NCBI RefSeq assembly: GCF_009914755.1
Contig: NC_060931.1
Source: the human T2T-CHM13v2.0 reference genome, Homo sapiens
DNA length: 64,000 bases
Reading direction: 5' to 3' (one strand)
In this document: positions 14,577 to 30,029 of the stretch, piece by piece
Layout: the number at the start of each line of letters is the position of its first letter
Position numbering within the stretch: the stretch's first letter is position 1
Position numbers and translations under genes: made by a program
Notes under the pieces: model-generated
The model's database searches: none
Told to the model about the DNA's origin: nothing
The model's input: only the letters and a program-made list of their open reading frames with translations

Positions 14577-15473
14577 CAGATGTTCCCTTCTTAAAAGGAA
14601 TCCTGATGTTAACTATTAAAATAATAAACTATATTACATATCATCAAGCTTGCATATATACATATATATATATATATAGTTGGACTTATCTTTATTTTTT
14701 AAATATTAGTGTATATTATTATAAATTGTTAGGCTATGAACTCATTGAACAGGGCCATCTTAGTGTCCCCAGATCCTAAAGCAGTACACAGTAGGTGTTC
14801 AACACACTGTAATGTTACAATATTCCTTCCTCAGATAGGGGGGTCTAGGCATATAATAATTATCTGCATTTTATATGATCATTCTGCATAAATAATCATA
14901 GCCACAATAGCAGCTTTTATCTGAAGTCGTGTATTGATTCAGAGAAGGTTTCAGCTTGACCTCACCATAGAATATCAACTTTTCACTTCCTTTCTATAGA
15001 GTATTTTATACTATAGGAAAAGAGACTCTAACACCTCTTCCAAAAATAATCCATAACATTTAATAGTTTATTCATAGTCACCATGAGGACTTTGACCTCT
15101 CATCTTTTGTATCTATTTTTAATTGTGTTAGAGGCCACATTACCCTAATTTCCTTACAAAGTTTCCACTTAGACCAAAACCGTGAATACTGTAATTGTTG
15201 GGGATGATGAATTAGATGAAAAATAGACTATGCATTTTCAATCATTGCATTTAGTATTATTAGGGTAGATGGCCAACTATTACACAGTAAGAGATGAAAG
15301 TACAATGCAAATTGATGAAGAAATCATAATCTTAAAATTTTCAACAACAGGCTGGTATTGATTTTGATGTGAAAGTAAAAAGCTTACTTAATACATTTTT
15401 TGCTCAATTCGCTATTGCGTGTACACTGGGAAAAATATCTTGCATTCTATACCAACCCATTAAATCAAAATGA

Positions 15474-15797
<324 letters not shown>

Positions 15798-16572
15798 CAT
15801 CTTTTTTACTTACACTGCACTGTGTAACTCCCAATTCCTGATGATAGCCAGCTACAGGAGCAATTCATCACCAACATCATTTTATCATCAAGTTCTTTCA
15901 TATCTGATAAAACCTATTCCTTTCTGACATATGTAAATTTCAAATGAGTGCTACAGATAAAAATTGTTAAATAAGTGGCTATAATGTGATTCCAAAAACA
16001 AAAGGCACCCACTCACTGTACTTTGTTATCTAATTACATGATCATTCTGTTAAACTTCAAGCAATGTATTTGAAATAAGAAAGTGCAGACATATTGTCCA
16101 TCTCAATTTCATAAATGTTGTATCATATATCCAATGCATATCACTTTAAATTTTTTCAACCTGCATATTTCAAGACAGCTGCTACACAGTACTTTAATTT
16201 TTCCTGTTTGATATATTAACATGCAGCTGAATCTGATTTGGTTACAACTTCTCAGTGAAAAAGATGTTCATCTACTTAAACATCAGTTTCAACAGAATGG
16301 CACTTGACAGAGAATATTTCCTTTTTCTGTACTACTTTTTCCAGTTGCATTTTATATCAGTATGCTTCCCATTAACACAACAAATATATACATAAAACCA
16401 AGACATATGTGTAAAAGGTATAAATGCAGTCAATTAGCCAGATGTTTGGAATCATGGACACAAACATCAGAAGCATTATAAAACCTACAGGAATGGTAAT
16501 GCTTGACAGGATATGGGAGAAGTATTTTTTAAGAAAACCTTATAAACATAGTACAAAGATGACAAAGACACA

Positions 16573-16817
16573 ATTATAGCCCACTGCAGCCCTGAACTCC
16601 TGGGTTCAAGCAATCCCCTGGCTTAGCCTCCCAAGTAGCTGGGTAATGCAGGTACATGCCACCATGCACAACTAACTTTTTTTTTTTTTTTTTTTTTGAT
16701 AGAGATGGGGTATCACTGTGTTGACCAGGCTGATCTAAAACTCCTGGCCTTGAGTAATCATTGTGCCTCAACCTTCTAAAGTACTGAGATTATAGGCATG
16801 AGCCACTGTGCCTGGTC
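16573..16817 (-). mobile_element. AluJ lacking its 3' end and poly(A)
   Basis: attatagcccactgcagccctgaactcctgggttcaagcaatc...long mid T-tract...gagccactgtgcctggtc; about 50 nt of the Alu 3' end and the tail are absent. Confidence 0.9.
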
Positions 16818-18359
16818 ATACTGTTTTCTGCAATAGAACTTACCTCCTCTCTCTCATGCTTCTGTAGCACCAAGTATCAGAAAACATAATCTAGTCATTT
16901 CTAGATAAGCTTACATCATTCTGATTTTCCTCAGTAATTTCTGCATATGCTCATCTTAAGAATTCATGACTTCTCATCCTTCTCTTCCCTAAGGTGAGGG
17001 TTACGTGGTGAGGGAAGTTCACACAGCAGCCGCATGGTATCGGTGAGAGGCATTGGACCTGTAGCACTCTGATTTGGCACCTGTCAAGTCTCTAGTCACA
17101 GCATTTGTGTGATCGGGTTTTCAGTGAACTATCTGTAGTCTTAGTAGACTCTAATCATGTATTCCATACTACCATTCCTGGCTTCTTCTCAACATTACTG
17201 TGAGGTCCTTTAAAGCACTGGTCTTGCATCCAGCTCCCTTGTTCTGCCCAAAAGTGCATGAAGTCTCAACTGCCTTCCTGGGCCCATAGGAGCCTGCTAA
17301 CTATCTTCTACCTGCTTTATCTACAGACTTCTCTCATATAGTTAACCATCTCCATCTAAGTGATACCATGTCATTCAATATGGGACACACCCATGACATT
17401 GTTGCTTCACAAAATTCCAGAAGAAGCAGGCTGTGCAGCCATTCCAACTCTGCCACCAGCACACTATCATCAGACAGGGGCCTTAGATAACGCTTGCCAT
17501 CCCCTGGCTTTCACCTGGAGAGTGAAGCACAAATCTCCAATGCTCAAATCTTCAACTAAAGGGAGCTTCTATCATTATCCCTGGTCTCAGGCTGTAGAGG
17601 AAAGAAAGGCAGAACACAGGGCTGCCATGTCTCCTGAACCTTGTTTCAACTCCCCTTCTAACCAAGGCAACACTTATTTAATAATGTGATGAGATCATCT
17701 CACTCTTTGGCTAATTTCTTTCCAATCTGTTGTTAAAAGTTAAAATAAAAATAAATTTATGCATTGATATCTTCAGAGCTTTATTTTAAAAACTCAAAAC
17801 CCTTTTCTATTTCATATAGCTCAGCTGCTTGAAATACACTATCTTGTGTGTCAAGATTATTAAGCCAACTAGAAGTTTCAGGAGCCTACTTAGAACTCAG
17901 AAAAAAGAAACTTAACTTTTCTTTATTGCATTAACACTCTTCTCTGAAAAAACATTGTAATGGCAATAAGGTTCCGTCCAGTTCAGTGGGAAAAGGGCTA
18001 TGGGTATTGAAAACATATACAGACTACATATATACATAAATATACACATACACAAAAAAGGACTTTCTCAGAATATACAACTTAATATATCAAAAGACTA
18101 TCTTTATACATTTTTATGATAGACACCATAAACATAGTCAGCTATATATGTTACATAAGTTATGAATAGAAAACACTGGTTTTATCCACATATTTCTTCT
18201 TTCTCCTTCTTCTGTGTCTTCTGAAAACATTTGAAATATCAACCATAGCTGCCTACATAGGGTCCTCTGACAGAATATTAGGTGATAAAATGGTATAAGG
18301 AGACATATAATTGAAGTGGTAAGACCAGATATTACTCAGAGAGAATGTAAAATCAATAA

Positions 18360-19215
18360 AGAGTAGAACATCAAGCTTTATATTTAGGAAAAATGGGGAC
18401 AGAATAACTCTGATACCAAAAAATGAAAAAAGACATCAGGAAAAAACTACAGAACCTTATTTATAAATATAGGTACAAATTTTCCAAATAAAATCTTGAT
18501 AAATCCAGCTGAATAGTTAAAAATATGACCAAATAAGATTTAATCCAGGAATGTAAGACAGGTAAATTTAAAGATACCTATTAAGGTAACATATTTACCA
18601 CATTAACAGATAAATAGAGAACATATATATTACCATCTTTATTGATACCTAGTATCAAAGGCCAAAGTACTTGAAAATCTAATTTCCACCTAAGGTAAAC
18701 AAACAGCAACCGACAACGAAAATAAAGCTCTTGACCAACTGGAAATAGACAGGAAAAATCTTATTTGATAACATATGAGGAGCCTAAGGGAAATATTACA
18801 TTAAATGATAAATATCAGAAGGATGCCCATGAAAGTCAAGAGGGACGAGAGGTTCTAGTCAACAAAGAAAAAAAATTGAGATGTATAAGGCTTTAAAAAA
18901 AAAAGAAAGAAAATGTGTTATTTTGAATAATATGACTACCTAGAAACACACAGACAATAAACTTAAAAATATAAATAAGAATATTTTGAAATATGGTTGG
19001 AATCAAGATCAACATTAATGGCCTTCTTATACACAGAAATAAGCAACTGGAAGACTTATTGGAAAGAATATTTTTTAACAATAACAAAAAAATATGGAAA
19101 ACCTAGAAATAAACCTAAGAAGGAATGTGCAAAGTTTATATGAAGACAACTATAAAATTTAACCAAAGGAAATACAAGAAGTTCTGAAAAATGAAGATAC
19201 GCCATTCATTCGACA
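18360..19215 (+). mobile_element. Decayed old L1 ORF2 region (L1M)
   Basis: actctgataccaaaa...gaaaaaactacagaacc...aatccaggaatgtaag...acctagaaataaacctaagaaggaatgtgcaaagtttatatgaagacaactataaaa match degenerate ORF2 RT-region DNA. Confidence 0.8.
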
Positions 19216-20525
19216 AAAAGTTAAATCCCTACCCTATCCTGGACCCTAATCTCAATAGAATAAACACAGCTATATAGGTACTAGAATAAAATATTAGAGA
19301 ATAAAGAGAAAGTGAAGGATCTGAAAAGGATACTACTGGGGAAACGTACTAATGAATTTAGTTTTTCCCAAGGTAATCTTTAGCAGCAGCATCCATGAAT
19401 AACTTTTATGAATGTCCAATTTATAATACAGTACTCTAAAACTGACAGTTTTTATTGAATATAAAGAACAATGGTTGCCTGTGAAAAGTGAAATTAAATT
19501 TTCTTCTTAAAAGTTCCTTTATTTTTTACAATGTACATCGAATTTTTTAAAAATCAAAATGAATAAATTTTTAAAAGTTAAAAATATAATGTACATAATA
19601 ATACTAATGCATGACATCAGTTTGGTGAAATATTTTTCTTATATAAATTAATTATGAAAATTAGCAATTTATACACTATAAATCTTTAACCAGATACTGT
19701 ATAAATAAAAAGTGTTATTACTCTTCAAAACTTCTTCAATGTAAATTGTAATATTGGGCTTTATTACTTAATGTATAGAATCTGTGTATATCCTCTTAAT
19801 TAGTAATTTCAGATATTTTTTCAAAATTTCTCTTCTTCAGTTATTCTCATAAATACCCACCAGTTTTAAGAGCAATTTTGAAAACTTCTACTCAAAACAG
19901 AAAAACAATAAAAAAACAGGGAAAAAATAGAATAGAAAAACCTTCTGGTCATTCATAAGATGTACAGAAATGTTGTTCATGAGTAATCTTTTAAATGTTC
20001 ACCTCTATATCAAATGTAATTTATTTTCTACTCTCTGAGCAATGATCCAAACATATTTGAAGCTATTTTTTTAACTAAGGAGAACATACAATTAGTCTAT
20101 TTTGATTTTGCTTCATATTTCAAAGGTTTGTGTTTAAGCTTTATTAATAGTGCTCTTTAAGTTATTTTCCTCCCAATAGGTCTTTAATTACATGTATCTG
20201 AAAATACAAAGTCTAATTCTGTTAGAAAACTTAATGATTCTTAAAATATTTGCTTTCATGAGTATATGATTGTCTGAAAAACAAACTCCAAAGGGCAATA
20301 ATTAAGCGACATGGGGTTCCACATAGGCAGAATTTAGAAAATTAAACTAATTTTCTATTTTATTTAATTTAAACATTAAATTTAAATTTAGAAAATTAAA
20401 CATACACCATATATATATACACAGAAAACTTCATATTGAATAAAATACAATCAGCTATAAAGTAGATTAACAGACTCAGATTCCTTTTAGGCTAGTAAAT
20501 TTGACTCATTCAACATGTTCAGATG

Positions 20526-20859
20526 CAGTTGGCCCACTGTATCCATGGGTTCCTCATCTGTGGATTCAAGCAACCAAGGATTGAAAATATTCAAAAAAAA
20601 ATTTGCATCTCTTAACATGTATAGACTTTTTTGTTCTTGTCATTATCCCCCAAACAATATAGTATAATAACTATTTATATAGTATTTACATTCTATTAGG
20701 AAATATATGTAATCTAGAGGTGACTTTAAGTATAAGAAAGGATCTACATAGGTTATAAGCAAATACTACACTATGTTATATCAGGGATTTGAGCATCCTC
20801 GGATTCTGGTATCAAGGGAGGTCCTAGACCAGTCCCTCACAGATACAGAGGAATGACTG
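20526..20859. mobile_element. MER2 (TcMar-Tigger) DNA transposon relic
   Basis: Imperfect terminal inverted repeats cagttggcccactgtatccatggg ... cacagatacagaggaatgactg; internal tggattcaagcaacc and gtaatctagaggtgac...ggttataagcaaatactaca. Confidence 0.88.
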
Positions 20860-21054
20860 CAACCCCTTATTCAACGTTAAATCCCAATTGTACGCTTTTT
20901 AGTGTAGCACTGAAAAGTTTTAGAAGAATTCTCATATAAACAATGCTATAAAGTTAACTTTCCAGATAAACTGAAATAAAACTGGTTTTTAAAAAAAGAA
21001 AGAATTGACAATTTTATAGTTATTTTTATTCATAAGATTTTAAAAGCATATATA

Positions 21055-21341
21055 GGCTGGGCTCAGTGGCTCATGCCTGTAATCCCTGCACTTTGGGAGG
21101 CTGAGGTAGGCGGATCACCTAAGGTCAAGAGTTCAAGACTAGCCTGGCCAACACGGTGAAACCCTATCTCCACTAAAAATACAAAAATTAGCCAGGCGTT
21201 GTGGTGGGTGCCTGTAATTCCAACTACTCAGGAGGCTGAGGCAGGAGAAGCGCTTGAACCCAGGAGGTTGCAGTGAGCCCGAGATGGTGCCATTGCACTC
21301 CAGCCTGGGCAACAAGAGTGAAACTCTGTCTCAAAAAAAAA
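21055..21341 (+). mobile_element. AluS (AluSq-like)
   Basis: Near full-length Alu with gccattgcactccagcctgggcaacaagagtgaaactc; TSD aaaagca(t/c)atata after TTTT/AAAA. Confidence 0.95.
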
Positions 21342-23369
21342 GCACATATATGCAAGCTACAAGATTACTATCAACTGGTACAGTACTTTATAAACTACAA
21401 ACTCATCTTTGCCCTAGGATTAATCACTAACCACTTCAAGAAGGAATGTGGACACAGACTGGCCCACTGTAGCATTTAAAGTTTTTTGGCTAAATACACA
21501 CATCTGTGTTGTTCTTTTCAAACCGTCAAGATATAAAACTCATTTAAAACCTATTTTTAAATACCATGCAGCAATGATCCCTTAGAGGCAGCAACTTTAG
21601 ATGATGCTTAAACAATGAATTTTTTTTCCAACAATAACAATTTTCTTTAAATTCATTTACAAAACCTCACCACACAGCATGAGGTATACTTTCCTGGTAA
21701 GCAACTATAAAGTAGAATTAACTATCCTCAAATGACCATGAAATTAAGTCAGCCATATCAGATTAAGATGACCATAAATGCAGTTAAAACCATGCTAATT
21801 TACATAGCCCCCTAACCATGTTTAATTGCCACATTAAAAACCCTTCAGATGCTGGTCTGTCCTTTTACAACTTAGAACAGTGTCACCTGAATTAACTTGT
21901 TTTGTCTGAATGTTGCACTTTGTTTTTTCATTTATATAGCTGGGAACATTCATGAGCTCTAGTTATTATGTCTAAATATTTTTATTAAACAGAATAAAAT
22001 AATCAAATCTATCAAACTGGTTTTAATGAAGTAAGCAATGCATTTTTAAAAGGAAGTACTCTCTTAGCCCTAAGCAACATGAGTCATCATGAAGAAATTA
22101 TATATATATATACTTATCCATTTCTATCTGGTACTTTTAACCATGTGGGGCATGCCAATCTTCCCATGAGCATGGAAACTGAAAGTAACCCAAGGGCACT
22201 AGCCAGCTTTGGAATTACTGCTATAATGCCTCCTACACCACACCCATCACACTCCCATACTCTGATTTCTGCAAGCCACAGCAAGCCAAGGTTTTCACCC
22301 TAGGGCATTCTGGACTCTTTTGATACCCTATCTCAGAGTAGAAACCCAATCTTTGTACTGGGCTGTCAACCATTCACTTTTTAGATTCAGAGTACATAAT
22401 CATTTGGCTTGTTTTTGCTATACCCTCTGGGTGCCTCACACTCTAGAATGAACTATTTGATTTGCTGACATCTAGTATGTTTAGATTTCCCTTCCTTTCT
22501 GGACTACTCTTTCACGTTTCCTCACCTACCCCACAGCCTCAGATGCATTATCTTACTACCCTCTATTCTCAGCTCCTCAATGACCAGGATATAACCAGGA
22601 ACTGAGGATAAATCATTTATTCCACTTGTTACTTAGGCAACCCCGAAACGTTAATGAAAGCATCTTTTGCCATCATGTATTATATAGAATCTTCAGTAAG
22701 CAGCAATGCATAACAAGACAAAAGTGACTGATTCTGACCTACCTAAGGAAAAAAAATCACATTATCTTGTGATTATCTTGGCTTCTTCCCTAACACAATA
22801 ATCTTTGGTTACCATAATGCCTAAGCTCAATTAGAAGTCAGAAACCCCAAAGTATCCACACCAGGCAGCAAAGCAAGAATAATCAAGATTGACATATTTC
22901 AACACACATATAGTTGCACTGAAAGGCTCCCTTAACCAATTCACCAGACAACCCCACCCCCAAAAGAATTATGCATGGGTGAAATTTCTATAGTTTTTGC
23001 ACTAAAAGTAAAGTCTTCCCATGGCTGCCAGAAATCACCAATATGACCGTTCTCATTGTTGATCTTATGCTGTTATAGCAACCAAGGGAGACAACTGGAA
23101 ATGGGAGAAAGTCTCTTTTAGACTGATGAAAATTAACAAGGGACAGAAATCAAGATAGTAAAGGAAGGAGAAGGTGCTGTGATTTAGCCAGAGATAATCA
23201 TTGTCGACATACTATTATATTTCATTTTAGATCTTTTTCCTAGGTGTGCAGATTAGTGTACTCAACTCCATTTCAGTTGTGTTCTTTCATGCACGCTAAG
23301 TTAGATAGCTAGAACAAAAGCTAAGCTAGAAAGCTAAAGTTTATTTCCTAGACTTCCTGACAGTTAGAT

Positions 23370-24098
<729 letters not shown>

Positions 24099-24412
24099 AG
24101 AGTCCAATAAATATTTATTGAATGAATGTTAAAGAAGAGGAAATAAATGCAAGAAGTAGGTGGAGGGAGGGTGGGAAAGATGGTGAAAGATAAATAGATG
24201 GTTAAGGATCTTGATTTTTTAAAGAATTAATGGGATAAATGTTCTCTTGGAGTACAGAATTATTTCATACTATTATAATTACTAAATTAATAATAACCTA
24301 TTTGAATTTCTTTTCTATTGGTTTTTCAGTATAACATCTGTTCACAATTCCTATCCTGTTGAAATTTATACTCTAATCCACTCCATAAATTTTAAAAAAT
24401 GGTTTTGGTTTC

Positions 24413-24456
24413 TGATTACAATTTCGCCATAATGTGATTACAATTTCGCCATAATG
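24413..24456. repeat. Perfect 22-bp tandem duplication
   Basis: tgattacaatttcgccataatg x2, followed by partial tcattacaa. Confidence 0.97.
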
Positions 24457-24612
24457 TCATTACAAATCCAAAAGTAAGGGAAAGTCCTCCATAATACATG
24501 GAGCTAAAATCAAATACAGACATCAACATAATACATATGCAAAAACTAGATTTCCATTTTATTACATGCATACTAATTATTAAAATGTAACACTTTTGAT
24601 AATATTTTAAAG

Positions 24613-25375
<763 letters not shown>

Positions 25376-27530
25376 TGAACCATAAATAAACTAGTGAAAT
25401 CCTGTAACAATGCCAGGATTCCTTTTATTAATAGTAAACAATAAACTATATTTAAATATAGCCAATTTTCTATATGTACAAAATGCTAGGCAGCCTTCCT
25501 ATTGCTGTAGTAGAAATAACATGGCATTGAACACATGGGTTTAAATACCAGTTTCATAACTTATTAACTGTGTGGGCATCTGTTCCCTATTATTCTCACT
25601 GCTACCATTACAACAAACTCAACGTTATGCATATCAAAACTAAAATTGTTGCATTTTGCAAGCATTCTTGAAGATTTAATTGTGCAGGATTATAGAGAGT
25701 AATTTATATATAATTATATACACTTACTAATTCAATTATCTGGGAGTATATTTTAGCTAACTCACTATTCAGAGTTATACTTTCTATAGTAGCAGTTGCA
25801 GCATAACTGAGTATTCTTAAAGCAAGCAATTAATAAACTCCAACATAAAATTTTTCCTTGCCAAATTATATCTGTCTTGTTCTATCGAAACTCAACAAAA
25901 CATTTACTTGTTCAAGGGACTATGTTGATCCAAAGATTTCCCTTCAGGAAAATGCTGGTGCTGCCTAGGGATACTAGTAGCTTTCCATAAAAAAAGTGTT
26001 CAACTAAGAGAGCTGTCCAGGCCACTCATCTTTGATAACAGAAGTTCAGCTTTATCATAACCTGTATGTCAGGCATCCAAAACCTAGGAAACTACTCTTC
26101 ATTACTAACAAGATAATAACCTTTCAGTAGGTATTATCTCAATTCTTTTTCTCATCTACATTTTACAAAATGGTTTGTTGAAGAAAGTTAGGTTCTAAAA
26201 AGGAAGCTCTAAAACAATAGTCTTCATTTTTTTTCTCTCATATTCCTAAAAGAATTTTCTAAAAATACACAACATACATTTTCAGTTGACATGTAAAAAT
26301 TTTCATCATGAATTTAAATGATTGCAAAGGCTATAATTTCTAGCATGTTACAAATACTGCCATTTTTATATAAAACTGTTATACCAGTCTTTTAAGAGTA
26401 CCAAAGAAATCTAACTTCCACAGTAATCTGATATACACCAGCAACCATTTTATCAAAAAAAAATTCAAGAGTTAGAAAATTTATACACACTTTTTTGCTT
26501 AAACTCATTTCCAGTTATCTCCCCATAGGATTTTACCCTAATGTAATCGTTTTTATTTCTAAAAGTTTTTAACTGATCCTCTATCATACTTCTCTTCAAT
26601 AAAAATGTACCTTAAAATTGAACTTTTAAATTGTGTTTAATTTTCTAAAACTGTAATGTTCAAACTAAGAAATATATGGAAATGTATTTCTTAATGAGAA
26701 GGGCTAGATTTTTTTCTTTTTTAAAATAGTTTATAGGCCTCTGAATGAATGTTACTCATTGCTAGTATAAGGTTTCACATACATTTTTTTTCTATTTTTT
26801 ATTTTCTCTGTTTATGAAAGAACTGAAACTGTTCACTAAGTAGATGAGAAGGATGTTTTGTTATGGCAATGTTACTAAATCCTTCAAAATCACATAGCTT
26901 ATTAAAAATATTTGATGTGTGAAAACTATCAGCTGTTAACTCAATTACATCTCCCTTAAGTCTGTTGAAACCGAAGAATTAGAAACCATATGAGTTGCAA
27001 AAGGATTTTTTACCTTGAGTTTAGGTCATTCACTTTTTCAATACCAATACCAATACCAATACTTCTAGCTAATCCTCTGCTATCATGATGCAAGGGAATT
27101 TTCCATCCTGGAGAAGTGTACAATGAGAAGATCTGGGAGGGGCGAGAAGTCTGCCTTGCTTGTTGTAACATGAGTCAAGAGCAATTCTGAAAGGGGAGTT
27201 AGGAAAGGAAAAGCTGCTTTCACTGTCTTTCACAGGAGGACCAATTTTAGGACAGACTATGGAAACTGAGGACTTAGATTCCTTCAAAATCAACTATGTG
27301 CAACCTTGGCAAACAATCATATACAAATTTGAAGACCTCAAATCTAAGGGACACTATTCCTTCACTACTCCAAGTGTTTTAAATCCCTTCTCTCTGTCTC
27401 TTTTTTTCATACACACATGAATGCAAGCCAAAGCCCATTCACAGAAAACAATCATATAAGGCACATCTTTGCATTTATTATAAAATTATTGTTGGTGCCA
27501 CAATAATCACAATACTGAATAAGCTCTAAA

Positions 27531-27694
27531 TCCTTGCTACTCAAAGTATGGACTTCAGGACAAGAGCATAAAGCATCATAACCCTGTTAGAAATGTGGAA
27601 TTTGGGGCCCCATTCCAAACATACTGAATCAGAATCTAATTTTAACAAAATCTCCAAGTGATCCCTATGCAGACAAAAGTTTGAGAAGCACGGA
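27531..27694. mobile_element. MER5A (hAT-Charlie) relic
   Basis: gctactcaaagtatgg...gttagaaatgtggaatttggggcccc...tactgaatcagaatct...tttaacaaaatctccaagtgat...aaagtttgagaagcac. Confidence 0.85.
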
Positions 27695-27879
27695 CCTAAG
27701 AAGCAGAGAAATAATTTTTAAAAATGTAGTTTGTAAAAAACATACCTCTTGTAGAAATAATATTTCCTCCTTTTTGATCATAATAAAGTAACCCTCATGT
27801 TTCCATTTTTGTCAATCTTACTAGCACCAGCCAGTGTATTTCCTAAGACCGTTAAGGCTTGAAGTAAAAAATATATTGG

Positions 27880-28515
27880 AAATGTATCTCTTCCTCATTA
27901 TCCTGGATTTCTGGAGTGTTAGTCTAGCTGATTTGTCTGCCTACGGTCTTTCCCCCCTTCAATCCATCCTCTGCACAGCTGCAAGAGTAGAATTTATATA
28001 ACAAATCTAATCATAGGACTCTCCTGTTTTAAAACCTTCAAGGTATCTCCAAATTAAAATACAAGCATATAAGGACAAGATTACCTGATCCCTATTGACC
28101 TCTCTAGCCTCATCTCCCAACCACCTCCCATTTTCTCCTGTACTTACTCTTTTAGCTCCCTGTACACACCACGTGGTTTTATGCATTACCTTTCCATCAT
28201 GTTGTCCCTTACCAGAATATCCATTCCCTATTTATTGCCTAGCTGATTATCACCTGTGCCTAAAGGTTCGATTCAGTAATCTTCTTTTCCAGAAAACTTT
28301 CATGTAAGATCCCCCCCCACACACACACATCTACCCCTTTATACACATACAATGGGCAAAGGTTATTTTCTTTGTACTGTCACAGCACTTACCATTTTGT
28401 ATTTAAATAATATATTTATATCTCTGTTTCTCTATATAGACAGTAACCTCTTCTAAGGACTAACAAAATTAACAGCACAAAGCAGGTGCTAAACATTAAA
28501 AGTCAAATTGAATAA
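27880..28515 (+). mobile_element. L2 3' fragment
   Basis: ccccttcaatccatcctctgcacagctgcaagagt...aaatctaatcata...ttaaaaccttcaa...cagcacaaagcaggtgctaaa. Confidence 0.65.
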
Positions 28516-28820
28516 AACAAAACGTGATTGTTAATCATAAGAATTGTAATAGCCAGCTCTTATAATTAGCATATTCACTTCTCTATTCATATGCTTTTAG
28601 TGTTCTTATGTCATCTGCTAGTTATCATTTTACTTTTATTTTGGTTTAAAAAAAATCTACCTCAATTCTTTTTTTTGCAACTAGGCAGAGTATACATACG
28701 TATATAGAGCACAGCTCTGTGACTTTGGTGAAATTACATAATGTGTCTTAGTCACAGTTCCTTTATTAATAAAATGGTAATTACAGGATCATATTCAGTA
28801 GGTAGGATTAAATGAGGATG

Positions 28821-28961
28821 CTATAGTCCCAGCTACTCGGCAGGCTGAGACACAAGAATCACCTGAGCCCTGGAGGCAGAGGTTGCAGTGAGTCAAGATT
28901 GCGCCACTGCACTCCAGCTTGGGCTACAGAGTGAGACTCGGTCTCAAAAAAAAAAAAAAAA
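28821..28961 (+). mobile_element. 5'-truncated Alu (right arm only), inside a MIR
   Basis: ctatagtcccagctactcggcaggctgag...gagactcggtctc plus A-tail; MIR sequence (agctctgtgactttgg...cagttcctttatt...aggattaaatgag) on the left. Confidence 0.9.
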
Positions 28962-28968
28962 GGATTCA

Positions 28969-29328
<360 letters not shown>

Positions 29329-30029
29329 TTATTTTATTAAAATCATCCATTATAACAAAAAGTACAGTGGTTAGAACTCTAAACAACAGGAAATACCTTA
29401 AGAAATAAGATAAACTTTAAATAAGAAGGTCTTAACCTTTCTGCTGCTGAACTTTTAAAATTGAATTCAGTATAAAATTAATACCCCGCAGTGGCCTTTG
29501 CACAATCCTATATCTCCTTAGTTTCCTGTACTTCACGAAAGATGTAGGAGAAATAAGTGATTATTTGAAACTGTTCAGGTTTTGAAACACAATCTGCTAT
29601 CATGAATATTTCATTTCTTGAAAATATTTTCATGCTTATCCTTTTCAATAATGCCACATCATAATGCTTTATTTCATCTGCCTGTGACAGACATCATTAC
29701 TAATCCTATATAGCTGCTTGTTTCACGCCACGCTAGAGCAGCTATTGAATTTCCTACAACATGGCAGCCAGTCCTGACATTCATATGAAGAATACTATGA
29801 TAAATATATAAAGGACTATAAATAAGGCAACAAGAATTAAAACATCATAGGTTCTGAAGGTGGCATCTTGACTTAATTGAAAGAAACTCAATACATAACC
29901 AAAGCTGAAGGATGAAAAGGAGAAACAATTACCAACTAGTTTATAAACCACAATTTAATCAACTTACAGGGCAAATAAACCTAGCACTCAGATCTTGTTG
30001 AAACCGATTTTTATGAAACTTGGTTTTAT

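Noticed and set aside
19324-19333. GTATCCTTTT U12-type donor motif on the minus strand
   Set aside because: No plausible exon precedes it, and a 9-10-mer like this can occur by chance in 64 kb of AT-rich DNA.
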